DNA from: an uncultured cyanobacterium
GTDB taxonomy: Bacteria > Cyanobacteriota > Cyanobacteriia > Cyanobacteriales > CAWUOF01
Assembly: GCA_963744145.1 (NCBI GenBank)
Contig: CAVUSO010000001.1
Location: 1,280,001 to 1,344,000, forward strand
DNA: 64,000 bases
Direction: 5' to 3'
In this document: positions 29,305-39,828 of the stretch, one piece after another
Position numbering within the stretch: position 1 is the stretch's first letter
Layout of the letters: each line of letters starts with the position of its first letter
Notes under the pieces: generated by a model
What the model was told of the DNA's origin: nothing
The model's input: only the letters and a program-made list of their open reading frames with translations
Database searches by the model: none
Position numbers and translations under genes: made by a program

Positions 29305-30189
29305 ATGCAAATCCGTCGTCGTTCTCCCAATCCTGCTGTTACGGTTCAGGAATTATCCTATCAAATTACCGTTCCTGATGCTAAACCACGTCATATTTTA
29401 GAGGAAATAGTCTGGCAAAAAGAAACCGAAGTAGACCAGATGCGGTCAAAAGTTTCTTTGGCTGATTTACAAAAAAAAGTCCAGACCTTACCCCCAGTTC
29501 GTGATTTTATTGCTGCTTTACAAGCAGGAAAGACCCAACCTGCATTAATTGCGGAGGTAAAAAAAGCTTCTCCCAGTAAGGGTGTGATTAGAGCTGATTT
29601 TGATCCAGTTGCGATCGCGACAGCTTACCAGCAAGGTGGTGCTAGTTGTATCTCTGTACTGACTGATGAAAAATTCTTTCAAGGTAGTTTTGACAATTTA
29701 GCCAAAATTCGGGCTACTGTGGACTTACCACTGTTATGTAAAGATTTTCTGATCTATCCTTATCAAATCTATCTAGCTCGGACCCAAGGTGCCGATGCAG
29801 TTTTATTAATTGCGGCGATTCTGTCGGACAAAGACTTACAATATTTTGTCAAAATTGTCAAGATGCTCAACATGACAGCTTTAATTGAAGTACATACCCT
29901 AGCAGAATTAGATCGAGTATTAGAATTGACAGATATAAATCTGATCGGGATCAATAATCGGAATTTAGAGGATTTTTCCGTTAGTCTAGAAACCACTACC
30001 AATTTATTAGCCCTGCGAGGTGACCAAATCAGACAGCGTAAGATCATGTTAGTCAGTGAATCAGGATTGCATCACAGTGAGGATCTACAAATAGTAGCCC
30101 AAGCTGGTGTCCAAGCTGTCCTGATTGGTGAATCTTTGGTGAAACAGCCCGATCCAGGTGCGGCGATCGCCCGTTTATTTGGCCAATAA
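29305..30189 (+). CDS. trpC: Indole-3-glycerol phosphate synthase
   Basis: [29 protein letters not shown]. Confidence 0.95.
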   Translation: MQIRRRSPNPAVTVQELSYQITVPDAKPRHILEEIVWQKETEVDQMRSKVSLADLQKKVQTLPPVRDFIAALQAGKTQPALIAEVKKASPSKGVIRADFDPVAIATAYQQGGASCISVLTDEKFFQGSFDNLAKIRATVDLPLLCKDFLIYPYQIYLARTQGADAVLLIAAILSDKDLQYFVKIVKMLNMTALIEVHTLAELDRVLELTDINLIGINNRNLEDFSVSLETTTNLLALRGDQIRQRKIMLVSESGLHHSEDLQIVAQAGVQAVLIGESLVKQPDPGAAIARLFGQ

Positions 30190-30404
30190 ATAGTTTTTTT
30201 TTTTCCAGAAACATCTGTTAAGATTAAAAAAACATGAGTGAAATAAAACTTGGTTTAAGTTTTAAAATATTAATTATTTGCGAGCCATTAGGAACTCCGT
30301 GATCTCCTCAATGCTGCTACCTAAACTGGCTGATTAATTTCTGTAGCAATCACTCCTCACACATTCACGGTGATTTGTATCAGTTCTTTTGAGGTTAACC
30401 AGCT

Positions 30405-30689
30405 TTGACCCAGCCAATTCCTCTCCCTTCCCATATTCATTACGAACTGCTCCTCCAAATTTTGGAGAGACAAACTGCTTTTGCTGTCGGACAAGGATCT
30501 CCCCAGCATGAGCAAGTACATCAATTGATCATTACTCTTAGGAAAGCGTTAGCTCAACAAAAACGGCTCGAAGAAAGCTGTGAACAAGCTAACTTAAAGA
30601 TCGAATATCGTTGGTCCCTGAACGAACAGCATGGTGAACGAGATGTACCCTCCGATTTGCTGACTACACCCCCAAAACCCCAGGTGTAG
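30405..30689 (+). CDS. Conserved cyanobacterial protein (DUF5340-like)
   Basis: PLPSHIHYELLLQILERQT...IEYRWSLN. Confidence 0.7.
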   Translation: MTQPIPLPSHIHYELLLQILERQTAFAVGQGSPQHEQVHQLIITLRKALAQQKRLEESCEQANLKIEYRWSLNEQHGERDVPSDLLTTPPKPQV

Positions 30690-30791
30690 TTAGAGTGATC
30701 CTGACCTTTTACCGATTAAATATGAGTATTCAGACTCAGGGAAACATCCTGATTTCTGATCATAACTCTGCTCTCTAATCAAGAAAAGTTA

Positions 30792-31946
30792 ATGGACGAT
30801 AAACTATTACTAATGATTCCTGGCCCGACCCCCGTGCCAGAAAGGGCTTTATTGGCCCTAGCCAAACATCCAATTGCCCATCGGAGCCGCGAATTTGAAG
30901 CTATTACAGCCGAGGTTACGGAAAATCTGAAATGGCTTCACCAAACTAAAAGTGATGTATTGGTCTTGACAGCTAGCGGTACTGGTGCTATGGAAGCAGG
31001 AATAATCAACTTCCTGAGTCCAGGCGATCGCGTATTAGTAGGATCTAATGGTAAGTTTGGGGAACGCTGGGTTGAGGTTGCTCGGATCTATAGTTTAGAG
31101 GTAGAAGAAATTAAAGCGGATTGGGGTAAACCTCTTGATCCAGAGTTATTTCACCAAAAACTAGCAGCGGATACAGATAAACAAATTAAAGCTGTAATTA
31201 TTACCCATAATGAAACATCCACTGGGGTGCTGAATGATTTAGCTGCGATTAACCAGTATGTAAAAAATCATGGGAAAGCTCTGATCATAGTTGATGGTGT
31301 TACCAGTTTGGGTGCAGTCAATATTCCTTTTGATGATTGGGGTATTGATGTCATGGTCTCTGGTTCTCAAAAAGGTTATATGCTTCCTCCTGGAGTTGGT
31401 TTTGTCGCGGTGAGTCCGAAAGCGTGGGAAGCTTATAAAACTGCTAAATTACCCCGGTATTATCTAGATTTGGGTAAGTATCGTCAAGATGCAGCCAAAA
31501 ACACCACTCCGTTTACACCACCAGTAAATATGTATTATGCTTTGCAAACGACGCTAAAAATGATGAAAGCAGAAGGTTTAGAAAATATTTTTGCTAGACA
31601 TCAACGCTTAATGTTAGCGACTCGTGCTGCGATGAAAAGCTTGAATTTAGAGCTTTATGCTCCGGATGATGCAGCTAGTCCCGCGATTACTGCGGTAGCT
31701 CCAACCCAAGTGGAAGCTGAAAAAATTCGGGCAACTATCAAGAAACGGTTTGATATTATACTCGCTGCGGGACAAGATCACTTGAAGGAGAAAGTCTTCC
31801 GGATTGGTCATTTAGGGTTTGTCAGCGATCGCGATATTTTAGCTGCGATCGCTTCTTTGGAATTAGTCCTGAAAGACTTAGACTACAAAAATTTCACTCC
31901 TGGAGCTGGTGTAACCGCAGCAAATGAGGTTTTTCTCAAATCCTAG
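30792..31946 (+). CDS. Class V aminotransferase (alanine/serine-glyoxylate aminotransferase family)
   Basis: MIPGPTP, HNETSTG, SGSQKG (PLP Lys), FRIGHLG. Confidence 0.92.
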   Translation: MDDKLLLMIPGPTPVPERALLALAKHPIAHRSREFEAITAEVTENLKWLHQTKSDVLVLTASGTGAMEAGIINFLSPGDRVLVGSNGKFGERWVEVARIYSLEVEEIKADWGKPLDPELFHQKLAADTDKQIKAVIITHNETSTGVLNDLAAINQYVKNHGKALIIVDGVTSLGAVNIPFDDWGIDVMVSGSQKGYMLPPGVGFVAVSPKAWEAYKTAKLPRYYLDLGKYRQDAAKNTTPFTPPVNMYYALQTTLKMMKAEGLENIFARHQRLMLATRAAMKSLNLELYAPDDAASPAITAVAPTQVEAEKIRATIKKRFDIILAAGQDHLKEKVFRIGHLGFVSDRDILAAIASLELVLKDLDYKNFTPGAGVTAANEVFLKS

Positions 31947-31980
31947 TTAATTTCTGCATTGATTAGCGCTGATCATCGTT

Positions 31981-32010
31981 AAAAAAAGCGGGTTTATTGC
32001 CCGCTTTTTT
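31981..32010. terminator. Bidirectional intrinsic terminator
   Basis: AAAAAAAGCGGG-TTTATTG-CCCGCTTTTTT between convergent genes. Confidence 0.8.
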
Positions 32011-32069
32011 GTTGATTTTGATTAATTTCAGCACAGAAATAGCCATAACCTAAGAATCTGGGGAAAATT

Positions 32070-32270
32070 TTAAGCAGTCTCCAACCAGTCATATATTCGA
32101 TCTAACTGTTCAAGTGTGATGAAACCATACTGCCACAGAATCATGGGTAATGGACCTTGATCCTGTTCTTGATGTCGCTGAACCATCGCAATTGAAGATG
32201 GACAAATAGCCAAATCTTCTTGTAAAAAATGAATGAGCCGATTATAAGTTATAGGTGCCATTTTATTCAC
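32070..32270 (-). CDS. DUF2949-like protein
   Basis: GPLPMILWQYGFITLEQLDRIYDWLE. Confidence 0.8.
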   Translation of the reverse strand: MNKMAPITYNRLIHFLQEDLAICPSSIAMVQRHQEQDQGPLPMILWQYGFITLEQLDRIYDWLETA

Positions 32271-32624
32271 CCCTGTGATTAAACCAATTTTGTTACATTA
32301 CTCTTGCATCCTTGAGCGACTAGGAGCCAGTCTTTGATCTGTCTAGTGCTAGTAAATCAGTCTTTACTTGCTTAGACATCCGCAGATTCACAGATTCCAG
32401 ATTTACCGTACTAATTTGGTACGGTTTTTTTGCTGATCGTAATTTCTGTTTTGAGCAAAGACATGGATGAGAAGGCAAAGTTTGATTAGAAAGCTAAAGC
32501 TTTTATGATAAAATCTTTTTTAATTAAGCTTTCTGTTAATTTTCCTACTTAGAATCGCTATTGTAGCAAAGACTTTCAATCACGTCAAGTCTTATATGTT
32601 ACTTTTTTCGTAAATTTTTGTAAA

Positions 32625-33152
32625 TTACTGAGGCAAAAACTCAACAGATACTGAATCACCTAGATTTAAGCCTAATTGGGATGAGCGTCCACCACCTAGC
32701 TCAATTACTTGGTCAATTGGGCTTCCGGATGGATATACAGGACAAGGTTCTTGGGTACAGGGAGGAACATTATTGGCGATCGCGACAATTTTCCCCTTCA
32801 GGAGAAAAACCATATCCAGATGAATATAGCAGTTTTTCATCCAAAAACTGACCTTCTTAGCTGGGTTAAACAGAAACAGCATTCCCTGATCATCACCGAT
32901 CGTCTGACGATACATTAACCCCATTTCTTGTTGAGCTGGAGTCTGAGCTACTTCGAGGTTAATCTTTTTACCTCCCATCATGGCATAGGCAGGAAAATCT
33001 CTTGTTGGATTAAGATTAGAGCTAGGGGAAGGTGTCATCGGATTGACTTGGGAGCGATCGCTTTGGTGAGCAGAACCCAAATGGTCGGGGAAGGAACAAC
33101 CCATTACTATGAAACTTACCATCAGTGCTGACCAAAAATTTTGATTAATCAT
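32625..33152 (-). CDS. DUF192 family (lipo)protein
   Basis: LEVAQT...GLMYR...GMLF...FWMKN...VIELGGG. Confidence 0.85.
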   Translation of the reverse strand: MINQNFWSALMVSFIVMGCSFPDHLGSAHQSDRSQVNPMTPSPSSNLNPTRDFPAYAMMGGKKINLEVAQTPAQQEMGLMYRQTIGDDQGMLFLFNPAKKVSFWMKNCYIHLDMVFLLKGKIVAIANNVPPCTQEPCPVYPSGSPIDQVIELGGGRSSQLGLNLGDSVSVEFLPQ

Positions 33153-33195
33153 GGCTCATTCTGTTCCTTAGCAGATTTTAGATCAAAAGTAATTT

Positions 33196-33891
33196 TTAAG
33201 CTTCTCGTAACACATAACCAACACCCCGGACAGTTTGAATCAAACGTTTTTCCCCATCATCTTCGATTTTGAGACGTAAATAACGAACATAAACCTCAAT
33301 CACATTGGACTCACCCATAAAATCATAACCCCAAACATTTTCCAAAATCTGTTCTCGGGTCAAAACTTCGCGAGGGTGTTCCATCATATATTTAAGTAGT
33401 TCAAACTCTTTCATAGTTAGATCAATAACTCGTCCATTTCGCATCGCACAACGAGTCGCTAGATCTAAAACCAATTCTCCAAACCTTAACTGCTCGGTAT
33501 TACTAGTGTCAGTTTGTAAATACAAACGAACCAAATGCAAAAACTCTTCACTCCGATAGGGTTTGAGAAAATAATCATCAGCTCCAGCTTCCAGACAAGC
33601 TATCCGATCTTCCACCGTATCACGAGCCATCAGCATGAGTACAGGGACACGATTACCCAGACTGCGTAAATGACTACAAAAAGGTAATCCTGTATCTCCA
33701 CCTAGCATCCGATCAACCACGATCAGTGCTGGTTGGAGTTCAGTTGCTCGGAGCAAACCCGTCTTAGGATCATTAGCGATCGCTAGTTCATAACCGGATT
33801 CTTTCAGATCGAGAGTGATGAGTTGAGTAAGAGCTTCGTCAGCTACAACCAACAAGACACAAGGGTGACGATCGCCAGGAATTGTACTCAT
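33196..33891 (-). CDS. nblR: OmpR-family response regulator NblR
   Basis: Atypical receiver (VVDRML, MLMARD) plus winged helix (NVIEVYVRYLRLK). Confidence 0.85.
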   Translation of the reverse strand: MSTIPGDRHPCVLLVVADEALTQLITLDLKESGYELAIANDPKTGLLRATELQPALIVVDRMLGGDTGLPFCSHLRSLGNRVPVLMLMARDTVEDRIACLEAGADDYFLKPYRSEEFLHLVRLYLQTDTSNTEQLRFGELVLDLATRCAMRNGRVIDLTMKEFELLKYMMEHPREVLTREQILENVWGYDFMGESNVIEVYVRYLRLKIEDDGEKRLIQTVRGVGYVLREA

Positions 33892-33965
33892 AAAAGAAAA
33901 GATTAATTATTTCATACCCTGCTGGGGGGAAAATCATACCCGTGCTGGCTGCAAATTTTCTTTTT

Positions 33966-34883
33966 TTATGGTAACTCGACAGAAGTTGGTTTCGCGATAT
34001 GGGGCAGACCCCAACCTAATTTTTCGCGTAAAACATGGAAAAATTCTGGGGGTTGAAGACGAATAAATCGAGCTGGGTAACGCGATCGCTCTATACAAAC
34101 CCGATCATCTGGAAGAACATAACAACCAGCATTTCCATCCACCACCATCACCAATGGATTGGGATTAGCGGGAAAAATCGTCACTGGTTCAGTATTAGCA
34201 AATACCAAAGCTCGGGAAGCTAGGGAATGAGGACAGATCGGTACTAATTGTAACACTGGGACTCCGGGAGTAATAACCGGACCACCGGCGGACAGAGCAT
34301 AAGCGGTCGAACCTGTAGGTGTGGATATAATAATGCCATCTGCGGCAATATCTACAGGTGCGTGTCGTCCCACTTTGATTTCAAAATGACACATACTGGT
34401 GAGTGGTTCGCGATGAATCACTACTTCATTCAAGCAAAGTGCTTCCCAGAGTAAATAATTCTCACGAAACAGTTGAACTGTCAGCATGGAGCGTTTTTCA
34501 ATTTCATACTTTCCGTCTAAAACCATTTCTATCCCTAGAGATAAATGGTTTATATAGAGTTCTGTTAAAAAGCCCATGTGACCAGTATTAACGGTGAGGA
34601 GGGGAATCCTCCAGGGGGCAACTTGGCGAAAAGCGGATAGTACCGTACCATCTCCACCTAATACTACGGCAAATTTCATCTCGCGATCGAACCCTGGAGG
34701 GGCTAGTTGTTCGATGGGGCTATGACAGATGGGTTTATTTGGACTAGAATAGCCCAGAATCCCACCTGCACCAGTAGCCATACAGACTTCCCAACCTAGG
34801 GAGAGGAGCTTGTCTTTTAACTCTTGGGCTACACGACAAGCTACAGGTTTAATATCGTTGTAAATAATCCCAGCTTTGGGCAC
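33966..34883 (-). CDS. nadK: NAD+ kinase
   Basis: [26 protein letters not shown]. Confidence 0.93.
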   Translation of the reverse strand: MPKAGIIYNDIKPVACRVAQELKDKLLSLGWEVCMATGAGGILGYSSPNKPICHSPIEQLAPPGFDREMKFAVVLGGDGTVLSAFRQVAPWRIPLLTVNTGHMGFLTELYINHLSLGIEMVLDGKYEIEKRSMLTVQLFRENYLLWEALCLNEVVIHREPLTSMCHFEIKVGRHAPVDIAADGIIISTPTGSTAYALSAGGPVITPGVPVLQLVPICPHSLASRALVFANTEPVTIFPANPNPLVMVVDGNAGCYVLPDDRVCIERSRYPARFIRLQPPEFFHVLREKLGWGLPHIAKPTSVELP

Positions 34884-34979
34884 GCTCTATTTTTGTCGGA
34901 TGGTGATCGTAAATGCAGAAATATCTATTTCCTGGTTAGTTGAAATTCTACCACGAAGTAGAGACAGGAATTAGGATGT

Positions 34980-35957
34980 TTAACGAAAGAGAGTTTTTTT
35001 CGCTTCTGCTTTTTTCTTGATCTTAGTCCGTTCGTAATCTAATTCTTTGAGTTTTTTCAAAATTCGGCTGAAATATTCTTGCATATAGGATTCTAGGGTG
35101 GTAGTTTCCTGGGGGTCTAAGCTAAAAACTTGATAAATTTCCGTCATGGAAGCATTCAGAGGTTGACCGGTTGCTAAGACTTCTACAAATGCTAATCGAT
35201 CGGCGATATTCCCACCCCATTCAAAAAATCTGGCAATCTGACGTACTGCGCGTAAAACGACAAGGGGCATTCTAGTTATTTTAGCTTCTTGTGATGCTAG
35301 CCGTTCACACAAACGGATAATTTCATCAGCAGTCCAAGCACGAGTTCCTACTACGGGAAAGGTTTTATTTGCGGTTTCGGGTAGTGCTAAAGCACGGATC
35401 GCAAATTTAGCGATATCTTGGGTATCCATATAAGCGATCGGTGATGCTTGACCTGTCACCCAAACCGCTTGTTTTTCTAAAATTGGAATGGCATATTGAC
35501 CAATTAAGCCTTGCATAAATCCACACAGACTGAAAATTGTGTAGTTTAATCCTGATTCAGCTAGAAACAATTCGTTACATCGCTTGATTTCCATCAGGGG
35601 GACATGGGGATATTTAGCCGCATCGAGGATGGAAAAGAAGATGTATCTTTCAATATTAGCAGCTTTAGCCGCTTGGATCAGATTGACTTTTCCGTCCCAA
35701 TCCACCTGTTTAATGCTTAAGGAATCGGTAGCTCGCGCTGTCGCTGCATCAATCACTGCGGTAATATTAGCCAACGCTGGTGGTAGGGTTTCTGGTTTAC
35801 ATAAATTTCCCTGGACCAGCTTCGCTCCCCATTCTTTTAAGAAAGCTGCTTTTTTCAGACTCCGGACTAAACAGTGAACTTCGTATCCTTCTTCGATCGC
35901 ACGGCGGGTTATTTGTCTGCCTAATGTGCCTGTGGCACCTACAATTAATAAACTCAT
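34980..35957 (-). CDS. ycf39: Ycf39-like atypical SDR
   Basis: GATGTLGRQ, FLKEWGA, GFMQGLIGQYAIPILE. Confidence 0.85.
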   Translation of the reverse strand: MSLLIVGATGTLGRQITRRAIEEGYEVHCLVRSLKKAAFLKEWGAKLVQGNLCKPETLPPALANITAVIDAATARATDSLSIKQVDWDGKVNLIQAAKAANIERYIFFSILDAAKYPHVPLMEIKRCNELFLAESGLNYTIFSLCGFMQGLIGQYAIPILEKQAVWVTGQASPIAYMDTQDIAKFAIRALALPETANKTFPVVGTRAWTADEIIRLCERLASQEAKITRMPLVVLRAVRQIARFFEWGGNIADRLAFVEVLATGQPLNASMTEIYQVFSLDPQETTTLESYMQEYFSRILKKLKELDYERTKIKKKAEAKKTLFR

Positions 35958-36302
35958 TTATCGCTGAATCTTAATATTTCTATAAGATGGTAACAGGATT
36001 TTCTTATTTTTATACAAAACTTAACAATTAAATTAAGGAAATTTGGCAGAAAAGCCAAAAAAAATAGCCGGGTAATAAGGGACCGTGACCAACAAAAACT
36101 GCGATTGATCGAGCAGAGCTGTTTTGTACCCGCAGAGCTAAATTATTGACCTAACCCTCCAACCCCTTTTCCGACAAGGGATAGGGAGTAATTTAGATGG
36201 TTAAATTGATGGGAGATTTAATCAGCATTCTGCTCCCCTTGACTTTTAGGAGAGAGGTTGGGGGGATCAGATTATATGCAGTTTCATCAAAAATTGGTAT
36301 AA

Positions 36303-36363
36303 AAAAATAAAAACCCCCAGGAGGTTAAGCTTGGGGGTATTAATATCAGGGTGCATTTACAAG
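36303..36363 (-). ncRNA. NsiR1-like small RNA
   Basis: Minus strand TTGTAAATGCACCCTGATATTAATACCCCCAAG...CTGGGGG + T-run; TCCGGA at about -35 (36392-36397). The resemblance to NsiR1 is from memory. Confidence 0.55.
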
Positions 36364-36489
36364 ATGGTTATTCTGACCTGGTATGATCAGATCCGGATCA
36401 ATTTGCCAAAAAGTTCTTTGGGATTAAGCGTGATAATATCTACCTAGTGATTATTTGGCTAAAAAAAGATTATATAATTGGCCTAAATT

Positions 36490-39036
36490 ATGTTAGTTAC
36501 TACCGATCATGACCATTATTCTTTACTAGCTGAACTAGGAGAGTCTTACCAATCAAACCATCCCCTGGAAAAGAAACAGTGGGTGGAAGTTTTAGTAGAC
36601 TGTCCAGGGGTGATCGGACTTTTTACTTATCGATTACCAGTCAACCTGGAAGTAAATCCCGGAGATATTTTAAGTGTTCCCTTTGGAACTCAACAGGTAG
36701 GAGCGATCGCGATTAGACTGATCGCTCAACCACCACCAAATCTACCATTAGCAAAAATTCGTGATATTGAAGATATAATTACCACAGGTTTTTTCCCTCC
36801 GACCTATTGGGAACTACTGGAGCGAGTAGCTGCTTATTATTATACACCATTGATCCAAGTCATTAAAACTGCTTTACCACCAGGATTACTAGGACGATCG
36901 CAACTGCGGATTCGACTAACTCAAACTGATGAAAAACCGGAAAAGTTCGACCAACCTGGGACAAAAATTTTTCTGACCCACACTGCTCGTCAGATTTGGC
37001 AATTATTACAAGTTTCACCCACGAGAGATTATACTTGTAAATATATTCAACGACAGGTAAAAGGGGCTGACCGGGGACTGAAAGAATTAGTCAAACATGG
37101 TTTAGTCGAACGCTATTTAGAACCCCCCAAAGCACAACGAAGCAAACAACAAAAAGCGATTATTTTAGTTACTAATAATTCGACGTTGGAACTTACATCT
37201 CGTCAACAGGAAGTCTTAGAAATTTTAAAGCGTCAGGGGGGGGAAATGTGGTTAACTCAGTTTTTGCAAATCCCCCAAGTTACTGATCCAATAGTCAAAA
37301 AATTAGTCCAAAAAGGCTGTGTTATACTGCAAGAACGAGAAGTATTACGCATAGCTAAATCCCCAGATCAGGAAGCAGATCAACCGAAAATATTGACAAA
37401 TAATCAACAATCTGCTGTGGCAGAAATTAATAAAATAACTGGATATGCAAAAATCCTATTACATGGAGTCACCGGTTCTGGGAAAACAGAAGTTTATTTA
37501 CAAGCGATCGCACCAATCATCACATCAGGAAAATCGGCTCTTGTGTTAGTTCCAGAAATCGGATTAACCCCCCAACTAACTGACAGATTTAAAGCCCGTT
37601 TTGGTGAAAAAGTTTATGTTTATCATAGCGGTTTATCCGCAGGAGAACGCTTTGATACTTGGAGACAAATGCTCATGGGTGAACCCCAAATTATTATTGG
37701 TACTCGTTCAGCTATATTTGCTCCTTTACCCCAATTAGGTTTAATTATCCTCGATGAAGAATATGATAGTAGTTATAAACAAGACCAACCTATTCCCACT
37801 TACCATGCAAGGACAGTAGCAAATTGGAGAGCAGAATTAGAAAATTGTCCTTTAGTGTTAGGATCAGCTACTCCCTCCTTAGAAACTTGGGTAGATATCG
37901 CTCAAAACTGCATTAACAAAGAACCGGATCAAATTAACTATTATCTATCTTTACCAGAACGAATTCAAGCGCGACCTATGCCCCCGATCGAAGTGGTGGA
38001 TATGCGTCGAGAATTACGACTAGGTAATCGTTCAATTTTTAGTTTGTCACTGCAATCAGCATTAAAACAATTATCTGCACAAAAACAACAGGGAATCTTA
38101 TTTATTCATCGACGTGGACATAGCACCTTTGTTTCTTGTCGCAGTTGCGGTTATGTAATTGAGTGCCCTAACTGTGATGTATCTTTAGCCTATCATTATA
38201 CTGATGAGGGAGCAACACAGTTATTAAGATGTCATTATTGTAATTATGTGCAATTACATCCAGATTGTTGCCCAGAATGTACCTCACCTTATCTCAAAAA
38301 TTTTGGGAGTGGTACACAAAGAGTTGAAGAAGAATTAAAGCGAGACTTTCCCCAATTACGTTCTATTCGCTTTGATAGTGATACTACTAGAACCAAAGAT
38401 GCACATCGAATTTTATTAACCAAATTTGCTAATGGGGAAGCCGATCTTTTAATCGGTACACAAATGTTAACTAAGGGATTAGACTTACCTCAAGTAACTT
38501 TAGTGGGAGTCGTTGCAGCTGATGGATTATTAAATTTAGCAGATTATCGAGCGAGTGAAAGAGGATTTCAAACTTTAACTCAAGTAGCAGGTCGAGCTGG
38601 GAGAGGAGCAGATCCTGGTCGAGTAATTTTGCAAACTTATACACCGGATCATCCTGTTATTTTAGCCGTAAAACGACATGAATATGAATCTTTTATTGAG
38701 ACAGAATTACAAACAAGAAGATATTTGAATTATCCTCCCTATGGACGTTTAATTTTGTTACGTCTGAGTGGAATAGATGAAGCAGAAGTAGAACAAACTG
38801 CTCAAAATTTAGCCCAAATCTTACAACCAGCAGATGATGCTCTGATCTTAGGGTATGAGGTGTTAGGACCAGCACCAGCTACAATTATGCGGATAGCTAA
38901 TCGTTATCGGTGGCAAATTTTGCTCAAGTTTTCTCCTCAAAACCTAGTCAAATTACCTGATTGGGAGCAGTTACGCGATCGCTGTCCCCCTTCCGTCAAT
39001 CTGACTATTGATGTTGATCCACTGAATGTGGGTTAG
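36490..39036 (+). CDS. priA: Primosomal protein N'
   Basis: GVTGSGKT, CRSC/CPNC/CHYC/CPEC Zn motifs, QVAGRAGR. Confidence 0.95.
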   Translation: MLVTTDHDHYSLLAELGESYQSNHPLEKKQWVEVLVDCPGVIGLFTYRLPVNLEVNPGDILSVPFGTQQVGAIAIRLIAQPPPNLPLAKIRDIEDIITTGFFPPTYWELLERVAAYYYTPLIQVIKTALPPGLLGRSQLRIRLTQTDEKPEKFDQPGTKIFLTHTARQIWQLLQVSPTRDYTCKYIQRQVKGADRGLKELVKHGLVERYLEPPKAQRSKQQKAIILVTNNSTLELTSRQQEVLEILKRQGGEMWLTQFLQIPQVTDPIVKKLVQKGCVILQEREVLRIAKSPDQEADQPKILTNNQQSAVAEINKITGYAKILLHGVTGSGKTEVYLQAIAPIITSGKSALVLVPEIGLTPQLTDRFKARFGEKVYVYHSGLSAGERFDTWRQMLMGEPQIIIGTRSAIFAPLPQLGLIILDEEYDSSYKQDQPIPTYHARTVANWRAELENCPLVLGSATPSLETWVDIAQNCINKEPDQINYYLSLPERIQARPMPPIEVVDMRRELRLGNRSIFSLSLQSALKQLSAQKQQGILFIHRRGHSTFVSCRSCGYVIECPNCDVSLAYHYTDEGATQLLRCHYCNYVQLHPDCCPECTSPYLKNFGSGTQRVEEELKRDFPQLRSIRFDSDTTRTKDAHRILLTKFANGEADLLIGTQMLTKGLDLPQVTLVGVVAADGLLNLADYRASERGFQTLTQVAGRAGRGADPGRVILQTYTPDHPVILAVKRHEYESFIETELQTRRYLNYPPYGRLILLRLSGIDEAEVEQTAQNLAQILQPADDALILGYEVLGPAPATIMRIANRYRWQILLKFSPQNLVKLPDWEQLRDRCPPSVNLTIDVDPLNVG

Positions 39037-39166
39037 CATTTATGATAGTCTAATCCCAATTTTTGATGAAGCTGCATAAAATTGATCCTAAGCCGGGGGA
39101 TCTAGCTCTGTGCAACTTCACATTAAATTGGTATAACTAGTTGAACAAGTTGACCGATCAATTTCG

Positions 39167-39757
39167 TTAATTAAATAGCTGCTCAACAGTCAGAGAAAAT
39201 GCCTGAACTACCGCCGATGCGATCGGATCACTACCCTTAAACACCTTGTCTTCATAAGCTCCGTCAACCCAATTGCAGATGGTAATCTGTTGTTCTTGAG
39301 GATCAACGATCCAATACTCCAGAATGCGTCGAGCAGCATACTCAGTTCGCTGGTGTCGATAGTCACGGAGACGATTTGTGGCACCAGGACTAACCACTTC
39401 AATCACCAGAGCAGGGGGTGGTAGATCGCGGGTGATTGTTGCCCTTGTTTTCCCTTCTAGAGCAGCAGCTGCTTCTGGTGTCAGAACCACCAGATCGGGA
39501 CATCTTGTATTGGCTAACCGTCCACTGACTTCAATTTCAGTGTTCCAGGCAATCAGGTGTTCGGGAGTGTGTTTAGCAATTTCTAGCAAGATTTTAACGG
39601 CGATAGCATTGTTTTTTCTGGTTTCTGGTGGCATTTCTACTAGTTCTCCGTCCACCAATTCGTAGCGGGTGTCGGTGTGGTCGTCATAGGCGAGATATTC
39701 CTCGAAGGTCATGAGTTTGGGTTTGGATGAGGCGGTTTGGGTCATGGCGGTATTCAC
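39167..39757 (-). CDS. Uma2 (DUF820) family endonuclease-like protein
   Basis: [31 protein letters not shown]. Confidence 0.9.
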   Translation of the reverse strand: MNTAMTQTASSKPKLMTFEEYLAYDDHTDTRYELVDGELVEMPPETRKNNAIAVKILLEIAKHTPEHLIAWNTEIEVSGRLANTRCPDLVVLTPEAAAALEGKTRATITRDLPPPALVIEVVSPGATNRLRDYRHQRTEYAARRILEYWIVDPQEQQITICNWVDGAYEDKVFKGSDPIASAVVQAFSLTVEQLFN

Positions 39758-39828
39758 CTCTCAAGGATGGCAGAGTTCGGATAGTTCCAACGAGATAAAT
39801 TCTCTGGTAATTTTACTATATTTGTGAT

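Noticed and set aside
36215..36260. Possible petM remnant upstream of ycf39
   Set aside because: Only a chance LLKV-like stretch within a palindromic repeat; no hydrophobic ORF.
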